From Minisyncoccota bacterium (lineage in GTDB: Bacteria; Patescibacteriota; Minisyncoccia; Phycocordibacterales; JAQTLZ01), in assembly GCA_028714635.1 (NCBI GenBank), contig JAQTLZ010000002.1:9362-73361 (forward strand): 64,000 bases of DNA, written 5' to 3'. Position 1 is the stretch's first letter, and each line of letters starts with the position of its first letter. Shown piece after piece: positions 1 to 8,548 of the stretch. Made by a program: the position numbers and the translations under genes. The notes under the pieces are model-generated. The model did not search any database. It worked only from the letters and a program-made list of their open reading frames with translations, and was not told where the DNA came from.

Positions 1-1332
1 AAAGAGCTCCGCCTCGATATGAAGGAACGGGAAGACAAAATAAAGTCGACAGAAGACAGACTCATCAAAAAAGAAGATACGCTCGACAAGCGCCAGATGG
101 ATATCGACAAGGAAGTCGAATCTATCAAAGCAAAGATCGTCGAGATCAAAGATATAAAGGATAAGACAGAAAAAATCCAAGAGGCAAAACGAGGAGAGCT
201 CGAGAAAATCGCCCGACTTTCTACAGAAGACGCGAAAAAAGAACTTCTTGATATTGTCGAGAAACAATCGGAAGAAGACATCATGGTCCGGATGAAAAAG
301 CTCGAGACGACCGGACAAGAAAAACTTGAATCAAAAGCGAAAGACATTCTTTCAACAACCATTCAGCGTCTGGCTGCAAGCGTTTCTTCCGACATGCTCT
401 CGACAAGCGTTGCCATCCCCTCGGATGAGATCAAAGGAAAGATCATCGGAAAAGAAGGACGAAATATCAAGACATTTGAGCGAGCTTCCGGAGTTGAAGT
501 TATCGTTGATGATACTCCAGGAGCAATTACTATTTCCTCATTTGATCCGATTCGGCGCCAAGTCGCGAAGTTAGCCCTCGAGAACCTCATTCTCGACGGA
601 AGAATCCAGCCTGCAAAGATCGAGGAGATGGTAGAAAAAGCGAAACTGGAAATCAACAAAATCATCAAAGAGAAGGGTGAGCAAGCTGCGTACGAATGCG
701 GAGTGTTTAATCTTGACCCTCGCATCATTTCCATCCTTGGACGACTCTATTTCAGAACAAGTTACGGCCAAAATGTGCTCCAACACTCGATTGAAATGTC
801 TCATATCGGAGGAATGCTCGCAGAAGAGCTTGGCGCAAATGTAAACATTGCGAAAGCAGGATGTCTCCTTCACGACATTGGAAAAGCGGTAGACCATGAA
901 GTGACCGGTACTCACGTCGAGATCGGACGAAGAATTCTCCAGAAATTCGGCGCTGATCCTCTCATTGTGAAAGCGATGGAAGCGCATCATGGAGAATATC
1001 CATACGAAACAATTGAATCTGTCATCGTCCAGACAGCAGATGCTATCTCTGGTGGACGCCCAGGAGCACGACGAGACTCTGTCGAGAACTACTTGAAACG
1101 ATTGGGAGACCTAGAAGCTATCGCGAATAGCTTTAAAGGCGTTGAAAAGTCATATGCTCTTCAGGCAGGACGAGAAATACGAATATTCGTCACTCCGGCT
1201 GATGTCACGGACGTAGAAGCTAAAACTATGGCTCGGGATATAGCCGTTCGAATAGAAAACGAGCTCCGCTACCCAGGAGAAATCAAGGTAAATGTCATCC
1301 GGGAATCACGTTCTATTGAATTTGCGAGGTAA
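1..1332 (+). CDS. rny: Ribonuclease Y (5'-partial; frame open from base 1)
   Basis: Coiled-coil N-terminal part, KH motif IIGKEGRNIK, HD motifs QHSIE...LLHDIGK...ADAISGGRPGAR, C-terminal YPGEIKVNVIRE. Confidence 0.97.
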   Translation, partial: KELRLDMKEREDKIKSTEDRLIKKEDTLDKRQMDIDKEVESIKAKIVEIKDIKDKTEKIQEAKRGELEKIARLSTEDAKKELLDIVEKQSEEDIMVRMKKLETTGQEKLESKAKDILSTTIQRLAASVSSDMLSTSVAIPSDEIKGKIIGKEGRNIKTFERASGVEVIVDDTPGAITISSFDPIRRQVAKLALENLILDGRIQPAKIEEMVEKAKLEINKIIKEKGEQAAYECGVFNLDPRIISILGRLYFRTSYGQNVLQHSIEMSHIGGMLAEELGANVNIAKAGCLLHDIGKAVDHEVTGTHVEIGRRILQKFGADPLIVKAMEAHHGEYPYETIESVIVQTADAISGGRPGARRDSVENYLKRLGDLEAIANSFKGVEKSYALQAGREIRIFVTPADVTDVEAKTMARDIAVRIENELRYPGEIKVNVIRESRSIEFAR

Positions 1333-1351
1333 TTTAGAAGAAAAAAGCTAA

Positions 1352-1389
1352 AAGACCCCCGAATTCCGCTAGCGGAATTCGGGGGTCTT
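1352..1389. terminator. 38-bp perfect palindrome after rny; probable terminator
   Basis: AAGACCCCCGAATTCCGCT/AGCGGAATTCGGGGGTCTT. Confidence 0.7.
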
Positions 1390-1426
1390 GCCTTTTCTTA
1401 CCATTTGTAGCCAGATTTTAGCTGCC

Positions 1427-1454
1427 TTGCATTGAAAAAGCCCTGTAATATAAT
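1427..1454 (+). promoter_or_regulatory. sigma70-type promoter for the hup leader
   Basis: TTGCAT-16 bp-TATAAT. Confidence 0.6.
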
Positions 1455-1538
1455 GGGAAAGTACATTACAGGAAGGAGAAACAACACTTTTCTCCGAGAA
1501 AAATAAATAAGGTCGATTTAGCAGATTTAACATAATAG

Positions 1539-1707
1539 AATTTAGGAATTTGGATGAAATTCGAGACGCGAGTGAGTGAGAAGCGATGGGTATCGCTTCG
1601 CAAGACCTTGAGCGTTTTGTAATCAAAATGCGAAAGGTGTACAGCTCCTGTAAGGAGTTGCGACAAGACAAGACTTTCGACGAAGAAGTTCGCCAAATTC
1701 GTAAATT
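1539..1707 (+). ncRNA. Putative structured RNA / long 5' leader of hup
   Basis: Closing stem AATTTAGGAATTTGG..TGAA / TTCGCCAAATTCGTAAATT encloses hairpins GAAGCGAT/ATCGCTTC, ACCTT..GCGTTTTG/CAAAATGC..AAGGT and CAGCTCCT/AGGAGTTG. Confidence 0.55.
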
Positions 1708-1715
1708 ATAAACAT

Positions 1716-1988
1716 ATGAATAAAGCAGGAATAGTAGATATGGTCCACATGAAGCTCGGCACCACAAAAGTACAAGCAGAACAGCTCGTTGATACGATGC
1801 TCGATGGCATTGTAGGTTCTCTCAAGAAAGGAGAAGAAGTTTCTATAGCAGGTCTTGGTATCTTTTCAGTAAAACAGCGAGCAGCTAGACAAGCTCGAAA
1901 CCCTCGAACTGGCGAATCTATCCAGGTTGCAGCGATGAAGGTTCCGAAATTCCGCGCAGCTAAAGCTTTGAAGGATGCCGTTAAATAA
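1716..1988 (+). CDS. hup: HU family DNA-binding protein
   Basis: MNKAGIVD...GLGIFSVKQRAARQARNPRTGE...PKFRAAKALKDAV. Confidence 0.96.
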   Translation: MNKAGIVDMVHMKLGTTKVQAEQLVDTMLDGIVGSLKKGEEVSIAGLGIFSVKQRAARQARNPRTGESIQVAAMKVPKFRAAKALKDAVK

Positions 1989-2005
1989 GACTTCTGTCTT
2001 TATTT

Positions 2006-2041
2006 AAACAAAAAAACCGCTTTAGGGCGGTTTTTTTGTTT
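2006..2041. terminator. Bidirectional intrinsic terminator
   Basis: AAACAAAAAAACCGC..GCGGTTTTTTTGTTT between convergent genes. Confidence 0.85.
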
Positions 2042-2087
2042 GAGTAAAATAAGAGAGCGCGTTGAGATATCTCAACGCGCTCTTGCT

Positions 2088-2879
2088 CTAATACAATTCT
2101 TTCACCTTGCGAGGAGTGAACCTGTCATTCGCATAATACACTTCCGGAGAAAAATTGGGCTTTTTCCGAAATTTTTCAAACTCACGAAAACCACATCCCG
2201 CTCGCGTCGTCTCCTTAAGTACAAATTTCACCAGCTCATGTGGGCTAAGCCAGCAAGTTTGATCAGCATCGGTATCAGTGAAAACAAATGAGCGAGTGAT
2301 GAGCTCATGCGGACAAAGTACCGAAGAAATATTGAAGACGAGCATGGAAAGCTCTTTTTGCCGCTTCACCTCTCGTCTCATATACCCCTTCACCTTTTCC
2401 ATTGTCTTGCACCAAGATTGATGCACGAGCGGATAATACTTGTCGGACATGCCTCCAAACAAGATGCATGCCGTTTTCCCCCGCCAATATGTATGCAGAT
2501 TAGTTGTCGCATTCACAAAGGCATCGAAAGTGAGCTTTGTAACCTCATCGTTCACGCCGTCACCGTCCCGGTCATTTTCTACCGTAATCACCCCTTTGTG
2601 ATTTACTTCAAACGGGAAAAGTCCGATTGCGTGTACATAGACGATTTCATCTACCCCATAATCCATATGCCGGAATAAAGACGAGTAATCGTTCTCTCTT
2701 CCGATCGAACAGATCAGCGTACGGAGAGGCAACTTTCCGTTTCGGAGAAAATCTTTTACTGGTCGCGCCTTGCGACTGATGCCGTAAACAACGGTATTCT
2801 CATCGTGAGCATACTCCGCAAGAAGTGCGCTCCCAATGGCGCCAGTAACTCCAGAGATAACAACAATTCTTTTTTTCAT
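2088..2879 (-). CDS. Atypical SDR-like NAD(P)-binding Rossmann-fold protein
   Basis: VVISGVTGAIGSALL glycine motif, GISR and FNISS strands; ATG at 2879 with AAAGGAG SD, ATGA-coupled to the upstream ORF. Confidence 0.65.
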   Translation of the reverse strand: MKKRIVVISGVTGAIGSALLAEYAHDENTVVYGISRKARPVKDFLRNGKLPLRTLICSIGRENDYSSLFRHMDYGVDEIVYVHAIGLFPFEVNHKGVITVENDRDGDGVNDEVTKLTFDAFVNATTNLHTYWRGKTACILFGGMSDKYYPLVHQSWCKTMEKVKGYMRREVKRQKELSMLVFNISSVLCPHELITRSFVFTDTDADQTCWLSPHELVKFVLKETTRAGCGFREFEKFRKKPNFSPEVYYANDRFTPRKVKELY

Positions 2880-3154
2880 TTCTTCTTCTCCTTTGCACAA
2901 ATGATCGAGATCTCGAAGGGCGCGAAACAAATGCCAAGTGTCCACCTGAAATCCGATGAATCCCGAAGGGCATCAGGAAATGAAAAGGCGAAAACATACG
3001 GTAGAGCTAGCGCGATGAGCATAGTAAAGAAGACAAGAAACTTCCAATACCAACGCTCGTTCACCTCCGAAAAGTGTTTATAGTTAAGCCAGCAAAGAAC
3101 CAGCTCAACCACGTAGACAGCAACCAAAACAACGAGCAGTTCTTCTTTATTCAT
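2876..3154 (-). CDS. Small multi-pass membrane protein, unknown function
   Basis: 2-3 hydrophobic segments; SD GAAAGGGGG; upstream promoter TTGAGA-17-TACAGT. Confidence 0.65.
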   Translation of the reverse strand: MNKEELLVVLVAVYVVELVLCWLNYKHFSEVNERWYWKFLVFFTMLIALALPYVFAFSFPDALRDSSDFRWTLGICFAPFEISIICAKEKKK

Positions 3155-3326
3155 GTTTTGCCCCCTTTCTGTTTTGAACCATTTTCTCCATTACCCCATT
3201 GGCAAGGATTTGTTTTCAATGTCCGAACCGTAGCTACTGTAGCAGATATATTTGACACTCTCAATTTTGTATGCTTTTATGTTAATAAAGTAAAAAGATT
3301 TTTTACTTTCCTATATACTTATAAGC

Positions 3327-4166
3327 ATGGATTTCCTAAAACCTCATAAAATTGAAGACCTTATTATGAGCCTCCTTACCCAAGGAGAGAGGTCTACGAG
3401 CGCCCTTCTTGGAGAAATACGAGGCATTCGGAAGACCACCAAACAAGGCTTTTATGCTTCACTTCGAAAATTAAAAGAAGAAGATGTGATCCTTATTTAC
3501 AAAAAACGAGTGTCGCTCAACACTGTTTGGATAAAAAAGATGAAAGATACTTTTAATGCCGTGAGTAAGACCTACACAATCGAACAGGATTCATTTGACG
3601 TGTTGAGTCTTCAAGACAAAGAGAGTCTCACCTATTCTTTTTCTACAATAAAAAATCTCGATACATTTTGGGGACATTCACAAAATATTCTTTTACATAA
3701 TACAAATCCAGATGACGCAATTTATGTTTTCGATCCTCACTACTGGTTTTATATCGCCCGCAAAGAAACGGAAACTTCGCTTCTCAAAGAAATAGTCGAA
3801 AACAAACGGCAGTTTCTGATAAATGTCGGAGGAGATACTCCGTTAGATAAAATAATAAAGTCTGATTTCAACAATGACTACCTCCAATACAGCCACAAGA
3901 AAGTTTTTGAGAAAGAAAATTACTATATTACTGTTGTCGGAGATTACATCAGCGAAGTTTTTCTCGACGAAAAGACAGCACAGAGAATAGATGACTTGTA
4001 TAAGTCTGCGGAAACAATCAATGATCATGTTATCGCCACACTTAAGTCCCGTCTTCTGGCAAAAGTGAAGAGCAAAATAAAAATTTCCAAGAATAAAGCT
4101 CGGGCAGAGAGGTTAAAGAAGATGCTCGGGAAGGATTTTTATATAATCCGGGAGAAAAATACTTGA
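3327..4166 (+). CDS. Winged-helix regulator with divergent TrmB-like C-terminal domain
   Basis: N-terminal wHTH pattern TKQGFYASLRKLKEEDVI; C-terminal YITVVGDYISEV resembles the TrmB effector-domain strand. Confidence 0.6.
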   Translation: MDFLKPHKIEDLIMSLLTQGERSTSALLGEIRGIRKTTKQGFYASLRKLKEEDVILIYKKRVSLNTVWIKKMKDTFNAVSKTYTIEQDSFDVLSLQDKESLTYSFSTIKNLDTFWGHSQNILLHNTNPDDAIYVFDPHYWFYIARKETETSLLKEIVENKRQFLINVGGDTPLDKIIKSDFNNDYLQYSHKKVFEKENYYITVVGDYISEVFLDEKTAQRIDDLYKSAETINDHVIATLKSRLLAKVKSKIKISKNKARAERLKKMLGKDFYIIREKNT

Positions 4167-4348
4167 AATAACCACTCACATTTTCGGGTAATATATGCGG
4201 CCTAACCCCATGAAAAATCCGTGCAAAACCCTTATGGTGTATAACAAAATGCTTTTAAAACAAGTTCAGTCTAAATTATACGCAAAGAAAAAACCTGTCG
4301 CGCCGGATGAATCTGCGCGCTCACGCCAGAATCGAGCAGAAAATGAAC

Positions 4349-5086
4349 TTATTTCGGTATGAAAGCCTTCGCGCTTCGCCACGCCATTTCAAACATTGTC
4401 TTCATAGTGGTCGCGATGGTCACGTCTTCGATGCGGACAACGAACAAATTAAACTCCTGAAGCCGGAAAAAGCAGACGACGTTGTCATAAATAACACTGT
4501 CGTTGAATACCGGACCACTCGCCAAACGCGCGCTGTAATTTTCTCCGGCTGTCACTGCCCATCTTTTCGCACTCGCTCTTGCGTCCGGTGTGTCGGCGAG
4601 AATTTCTCTAGTAAAAATTTTATTATCTATCGTCGCTTGATTTATTTTTCGGTACGCATCGGGAAATATTTTTTCAACTGAAGAAAGATCGGACCAAAAA
4701 ATAAGTTCCCGAGTTTTTTTCATCTCTTCATAAATATGAAAAAGTCCTTTCTCTCCTTCAAAGACTTGCACGCCCGGTCTTCCCTGTTCCGATTGTTGTA
4801 AAATTTCAAGCTCATGAATTTGTTTTTTAAACGAGCTGACATTTTCTTCAAGTTTGTTCTCGACCGCTTTCGGCGAGAGCGCCTGATAATATTCTTTTTT
4901 GCCGATTGTGATTTTATGAATGAATCCGCTTTTTAGCATCTCTTCCAGGTACACGTACACAGTCGGACGTTTCAGTTCGCATTTAGTGGAGATATTTTTC
5001 ACTGATGACGTGCCCAAAGCCAAAGTAGCCATATAGACTTTGGCCTGTTTTTCATTGAGTCCAAGGGTTTGAAGTGCTTGTATCAT
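4349..5086 (-). CDS. TrmB-family transcriptional regulator
   Basis: LGLNEKQAKVYMATLALG...LKRPTVYVYL; PGVQVFEGEKG; IYDNVV...MFEMAW. Confidence 0.85.
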   Translation of the reverse strand: MIQALQTLGLNEKQAKVYMATLALGTSSVKNISTKCELKRPTVYVYLEEMLKSGFIHKITIGKKEYYQALSPKAVENKLEENVSSFKKQIHELEILQQSEQGRPGVQVFEGEKGLFHIYEEMKKTRELIFWSDLSSVEKIFPDAYRKINQATIDNKIFTREILADTPDARASAKRWAVTAGENYSARLASGPVFNDSVIYDNVVCFFRLQEFNLFVVRIEDVTIATTMKTMFEMAWRSAKAFIPK

Positions 5087-5318
5087 CCCCTAATCCTATC
5101 CTGTTTGATTATAAATGTCAATAAATCTGACATATTTTATCCTACATTTCTATATTTATAGGCCTATTTTAGTTATCTTTAACTCATTTCTTCTGCTCTT
5201 TTTGACATATCTAGGATTCGTTGTAAAGTTATTGCAGTAGTACATTGACACACGGACTGTTCCGTGGTCTGAAGAAAAATGACATTTTGGCCTAAGGGCC
5301 GGAAGGATTGGTGACATC

Positions 5319-5507
5319 GTGTCAAACGAAGAGAAACTGCGGCTGGAAAATCTGGAGAAAAGAATTAAGGGAATGTTCAGCATACTTCCTCTCCATGATC
5401 AGAAAATCATCGAGTCAAAATACGGTCCCATAAAGGATTGGACGCTCGATACCATCCGGAACATAGAGACGACTGGGTTCAATCAAGTCTCTTATCCGTG
5501 TCAGTAG
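5319..5507 (+). CDS. Small hypothetical protein divergent from the TrmB gene
   Basis: 62-aa GTG ORF after TTGACA-16-TAAAGT (5202-5229) and GGAAGG; followed by a hairpin. Confidence 0.5.
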   Translation: MSNEEKLRLENLEKRIKGMFSILPLHDQKIIESKYGPIKDWTLDTIRNIETTGFNQVSYPCQ

Positions 5508-5598
5508 AAGTGGGGGGATTCTAAAAAAATCCCCCATCTTATCAAGTCCGCAAGCGCTTGTGGACTTGTAGGAAAAATTACTCATAAGCATATTAAAA

Positions 5599-6750
5599 AT
5601 GAATAAGAAAATAATTATAGGAATTGTTCTCGTCCTACTTGTCACTCTAGGAATTGGGATCGCAAAGTACAATGCCGGTAGTAGAAACACTGCCGCATTG
5701 GAACTCTCAGGGACTATAAAAGTCGGAGCAGCGCTTGGTCTCACCGGTGAATGTGCAAACTACGGTGAGGGAGAACTCAAAGCCGCGCGACTCGCCATAG
5801 ATGAGGCAAATAAAAGCGGTGGAATCTTGGGAAGAAAACTCGAGCTCATCACAGAGGATACGCAATGTAGTCCGAAAGGTTCAGTGAATGCGATAAGAAA
5901 ACTCATTGACATCAACAAAGCAGAAGCCATCGTCGGACTCACCTTTGGCGATAGCTTCCAAGCAGGATACACAATAAACAATCCTGCGCACATTGTTGCA
6001 GTTTCTCCCTCGACAGCTCTCGAAGCTCTCGCGTACAACAACGCTTCGACTGACTACGTCTTCTCAACTTGGTTTTCCGAAAGAGACGAGATCCAAGCGC
6101 TCCAGAAACGAGCAAAAGAGATGAACATAAAGAAATTTGTGCTCTTCCATGATGAGGATGCATTTGCAAGCATGCTTTCATCACTCTGGAATACGTATGC
6201 GAAAGAGAACGGCCTAACGATTGTGAAGGAATACAAAGTTCCTGTCGGCTACGATGATTACCGAACAATCATCCTGAAAATGAAAGCAGATAACCCCGAG
6301 GGAATAGCTTTCTTCGCACAAACTCAAGCTACGCGAGCGAAGTTCATGAAAGAAGCTAAAGAACTTGGCCTTAATGCGCAGATCTTCCAAAGTGCGGACA
6401 TTGAATACCCATCACTCCTTGAAAACTTCGGGAGTGCGATGGAAGGAATAATCTACACCTTTCCCGAAGTAACGGGAGAGAGTAAATCATTCTTCGACCG
6501 TTTCAAAGCTTTCTACGGAGAGGATTCGGTTGGAGGAAGCGATGCAAACGCCTACGACGCCACTCGAGTAATCATTGCCACACTTACAGAGCATTACAAA
6601 AATGGCACTGATATGAAAACCGCGGTGGAGAAAACAAACATACCGGGTACAGCATTCAAAGAAATAAAATTCGATGAAGCTCACCAAGTCACTGGTTCGA
6701 AATACATAATCAAGACGGTGCGGGATGGAAAGTTCGTGGAGGTGAAGTAA
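5599..6750 (+). CDS. Branched-chain amino-acid ABC substrate-binding protein (LivJ/K-like), orphan
   Basis: N-terminal anchor, IKVGAALGLTG, AIDEANKSGGILGRKLELITED, ANAYDA; no permease or ATPase genes adjacent. Confidence 0.85.
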   Translation: MNKKIIIGIVLVLLVTLGIGIAKYNAGSRNTAALELSGTIKVGAALGLTGECANYGEGELKAARLAIDEANKSGGILGRKLELITEDTQCSPKGSVNAIRKLIDINKAEAIVGLTFGDSFQAGYTINNPAHIVAVSPSTALEALAYNNASTDYVFSTWFSERDEIQALQKRAKEMNIKKFVLFHDEDAFASMLSSLWNTYAKENGLTIVKEYKVPVGYDDYRTIILKMKADNPEGIAFFAQTQATRAKFMKEAKELGLNAQIFQSADIEYPSLLENFGSAMEGIIYTFPEVTGESKSFFDRFKAFYGEDSVGGSDANAYDATRVIIATLTEHYKNGTDMKTAVEKTNIPGTAFKEIKFDEAHQVTGSKYIIKTVRDGKFVEVK

Positions 6751-6751
6751 G

Positions 6752-6794
6752 ACAAAACAAAAACACTAGCTTAACGCTAGTGTTTTTGTTTTTG
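6752..6794. terminator. Bidirectional terminator
   Basis: ACAAAACAAAAACACTAGC..GCTAGTGTTTTTGTTTTTGT. Confidence 0.8.
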
Positions 6795-6964
6795 TGCGGG
6801 ACGGAGATCGGTCGTTACACGACCAGTACCCCGATTGGATTTTTTATGCGCGCTCACGCGCTTTTAAAAATGCTCAATCGGGCTTCGATTCTCCCGTCAT
6901 GAAGCGCCCCGCGCTTCACTTCCCCACAAAATGAAAAAAGACCTTTCGGCCTTTTTTCATTTTG
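6793..6964. repeat. tRNA-3'-anchored structured repeat unit (Gly-TCC copy)
   Basis: Direct copy of the tRNA 3' end at 6793-6810; GGTCGT-TAC-ACGACC-AGTA-CCCCGATTGG scaffold shared with the 14-kb units; inverted T-arm copy at 6884-6898. Confidence 0.8.
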
Positions 6965-7035
6965 TGCGGGACGGGAGAATCGAACTCCCGCCAAGAGTTT
7001 GGAAAACTCCTATTCTACCATTAAACTAGTCCCGC
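6965..7035 (-). tRNA. tRNA-Gly(TCC), CCA not encoded
   Basis: GCGGGAC/GTCCCGC acceptor stem, anticodon arm GGAGT-TTTCCAA-ACTCT, GTTCGATTC T-loop. Confidence 0.95.
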
Positions 7036-7125
7036 AATATTTTCTTTTCAAACGAAACAAGATGAATATATCACAAAAATCGAGAAAGACAAAAGTAAGA
7101 GAAAAATGCTATTGTACTGAAAAAT

Positions 7126-8250
7126 ATGAAAGAATTTCTAACCACCGCTGTCTTTAAACTTGTCGTCACAGCCACGGCAGTCATTCAATTTTTCCTCGCC
7201 ACACCAAAGCAGACCGTGACTCCGCCCTCCCCTGTTCACCTGTCACAAATTGCGCAAGTACAACAAATTCCTGAAATTGTTTTGCCGGATCCGTTCTCGC
7301 TTCTTTCGCCAGAAAATTTCCAAGTAGAAAATGTGCCAGCAAAAAAATTCCTTCCGCTCATACCAAAGAAAGTAGCTTCCCGGCAAAACCCTGTACCGCA
7401 AGTTGCGACTTCGAAACCGCAAATTCTAGACCCCCGACTTCACGGCTGGGATCTCACCAATGCAAAAATTGCACCGGCTGTCGTAAATATTTTCTGCACA
7501 CTCCAAACTAGAAATATCATTCGCACTTCAACAGGTAGCGGGGTCGTCATCGACCCACGGGGAGTGATTCTCACCAATGCTCACATCGCTCAATATCTTC
7601 TTCTCGCAGACACAGCAACAAATCCAAAAACAGATTGCGCGATACGAAATGGCAATCCAGCAAAAGGAAATGCTTTCGCAAAACTTCTTTACATAAGCCC
7701 TGCTTGGATCAACGCCCACGGTGGCGATCTCTTAAATCCAAGTCCAGTTGGAACGGGAGAACATGACTACGCACTTCTCATGTCCAACACTCGTTCTTTC
7801 GCACCACTCGCACATGAAAATACTGAACCAGGAGAAGACACTATCCTCGCCGGATACCCATCGCCTTTCACTTCCCTTTCTTCTCGCGACAATCTGAATT
7901 TTCTTTCCGTCCTAACTCAAACTGAAAAGACTCAAGGATTTCGTGGTAATGGCGATGATCTTCTCTATTTCGGCGGTTCACTTCTTGCTGAACGAGGCTC
8001 TTCCGGCGGGCCAGTAATAAATGAAGATGGAAAAGTCTTAGGAATCCTTGTTACAGCCACCCCAGGAATTACTGTCGCATCGAGAGAGTCGCGAGCAATT
8101 TCTGCCTCCTACATTCAAAAAGATTTTCGAGAAGAAAACGGAACAAGCATTCAAGAATTTTTATCCGGAGATTTAAATTCCGCACGAATAAATTTCATGA
8201 ATCAATATGGAAATAGTTTAGGCGCGAAACTTCTCCAAAATTTTAACTAA
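7126..8250 (+). CDS. Membrane-anchored trypsin-like (S1) serine protease
   Basis: TGSGVVID..ILTNAHI (His), DYALL (Asp), GSSGGP (Ser); Pro-rich linker. Confidence 0.88.
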   Translation: MKEFLTTAVFKLVVTATAVIQFFLATPKQTVTPPSPVHLSQIAQVQQIPEIVLPDPFSLLSPENFQVENVPAKKFLPLIPKKVASRQNPVPQVATSKPQILDPRLHGWDLTNAKIAPAVVNIFCTLQTRNIIRTSTGSGVVIDPRGVILTNAHIAQYLLLADTATNPKTDCAIRNGNPAKGNAFAKLLYISPAWINAHGGDLLNPSPVGTGEHDYALLMSNTRSFAPLAHENTEPGEDTILAGYPSPFTSLSSRDNLNFLSVLTQTEKTQGFRGNGDDLLYFGGSLLAERGSSGGPVINEDGKVLGILVTATPGITVASRESRAISASYIQKDFREENGTSIQEFLSGDLNSARINFMNQYGNSLGAKLLQNFN

Positions 8251-8548
8251 TGTTTTTCGCAAGTGAAACGAGAACATCAAAATTATCTTCTGAAACTATT
8301 TTATTTTTTTTCTCGAAGTTACATTTTTCGCACCGCTGAATAACAGAAATTTCGCCACCTTTATAGATCGAACCGACAGGGCGCATCATCCCTCCACAGG
8401 TATTTGCTCTGTCTCCGGGATGAATGTCCACATGCTTGCTCCAAAGACACTTCGGACAATGATTTGTATACCCGGTACCCGAGACTGTGAAACCGCAATG
8501 CTCACAGGTAAAATCTTCAATTTTTCGCTGGAATTTTCTCTCTTTCAT
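8243..8548 (-). CDS. RNHCP-domain zinc-binding protein
   Basis: FTCEHCG...YTNHCPKCLWSKHVD..PGDRA..CGGMM...RCEKC. Confidence 0.88.
   Translation of the reverse strand: MKERKFQRKIEDFTCEHCGFTVSGTGYTNHCPKCLWSKHVDIHPGDRANTCGGMMRPVGSIYKGGEISVIQRCEKCNFEKKNKIVSEDNFDVLVSLAKNIS

Noticed and set aside
4290-4345. Possible further copy of the tRNA-anchored element (GCGCGCTCACGC shared with ~6848)
   Set aside because: Only a 12-nt match; no scaffold hairpins or tRNA nearby.
6793-6810. attL/attR of an integrated island at tRNA-Gly
   Set aside because: The duplicated tRNA end is only 170 bp away and encloses no gene or integrase.
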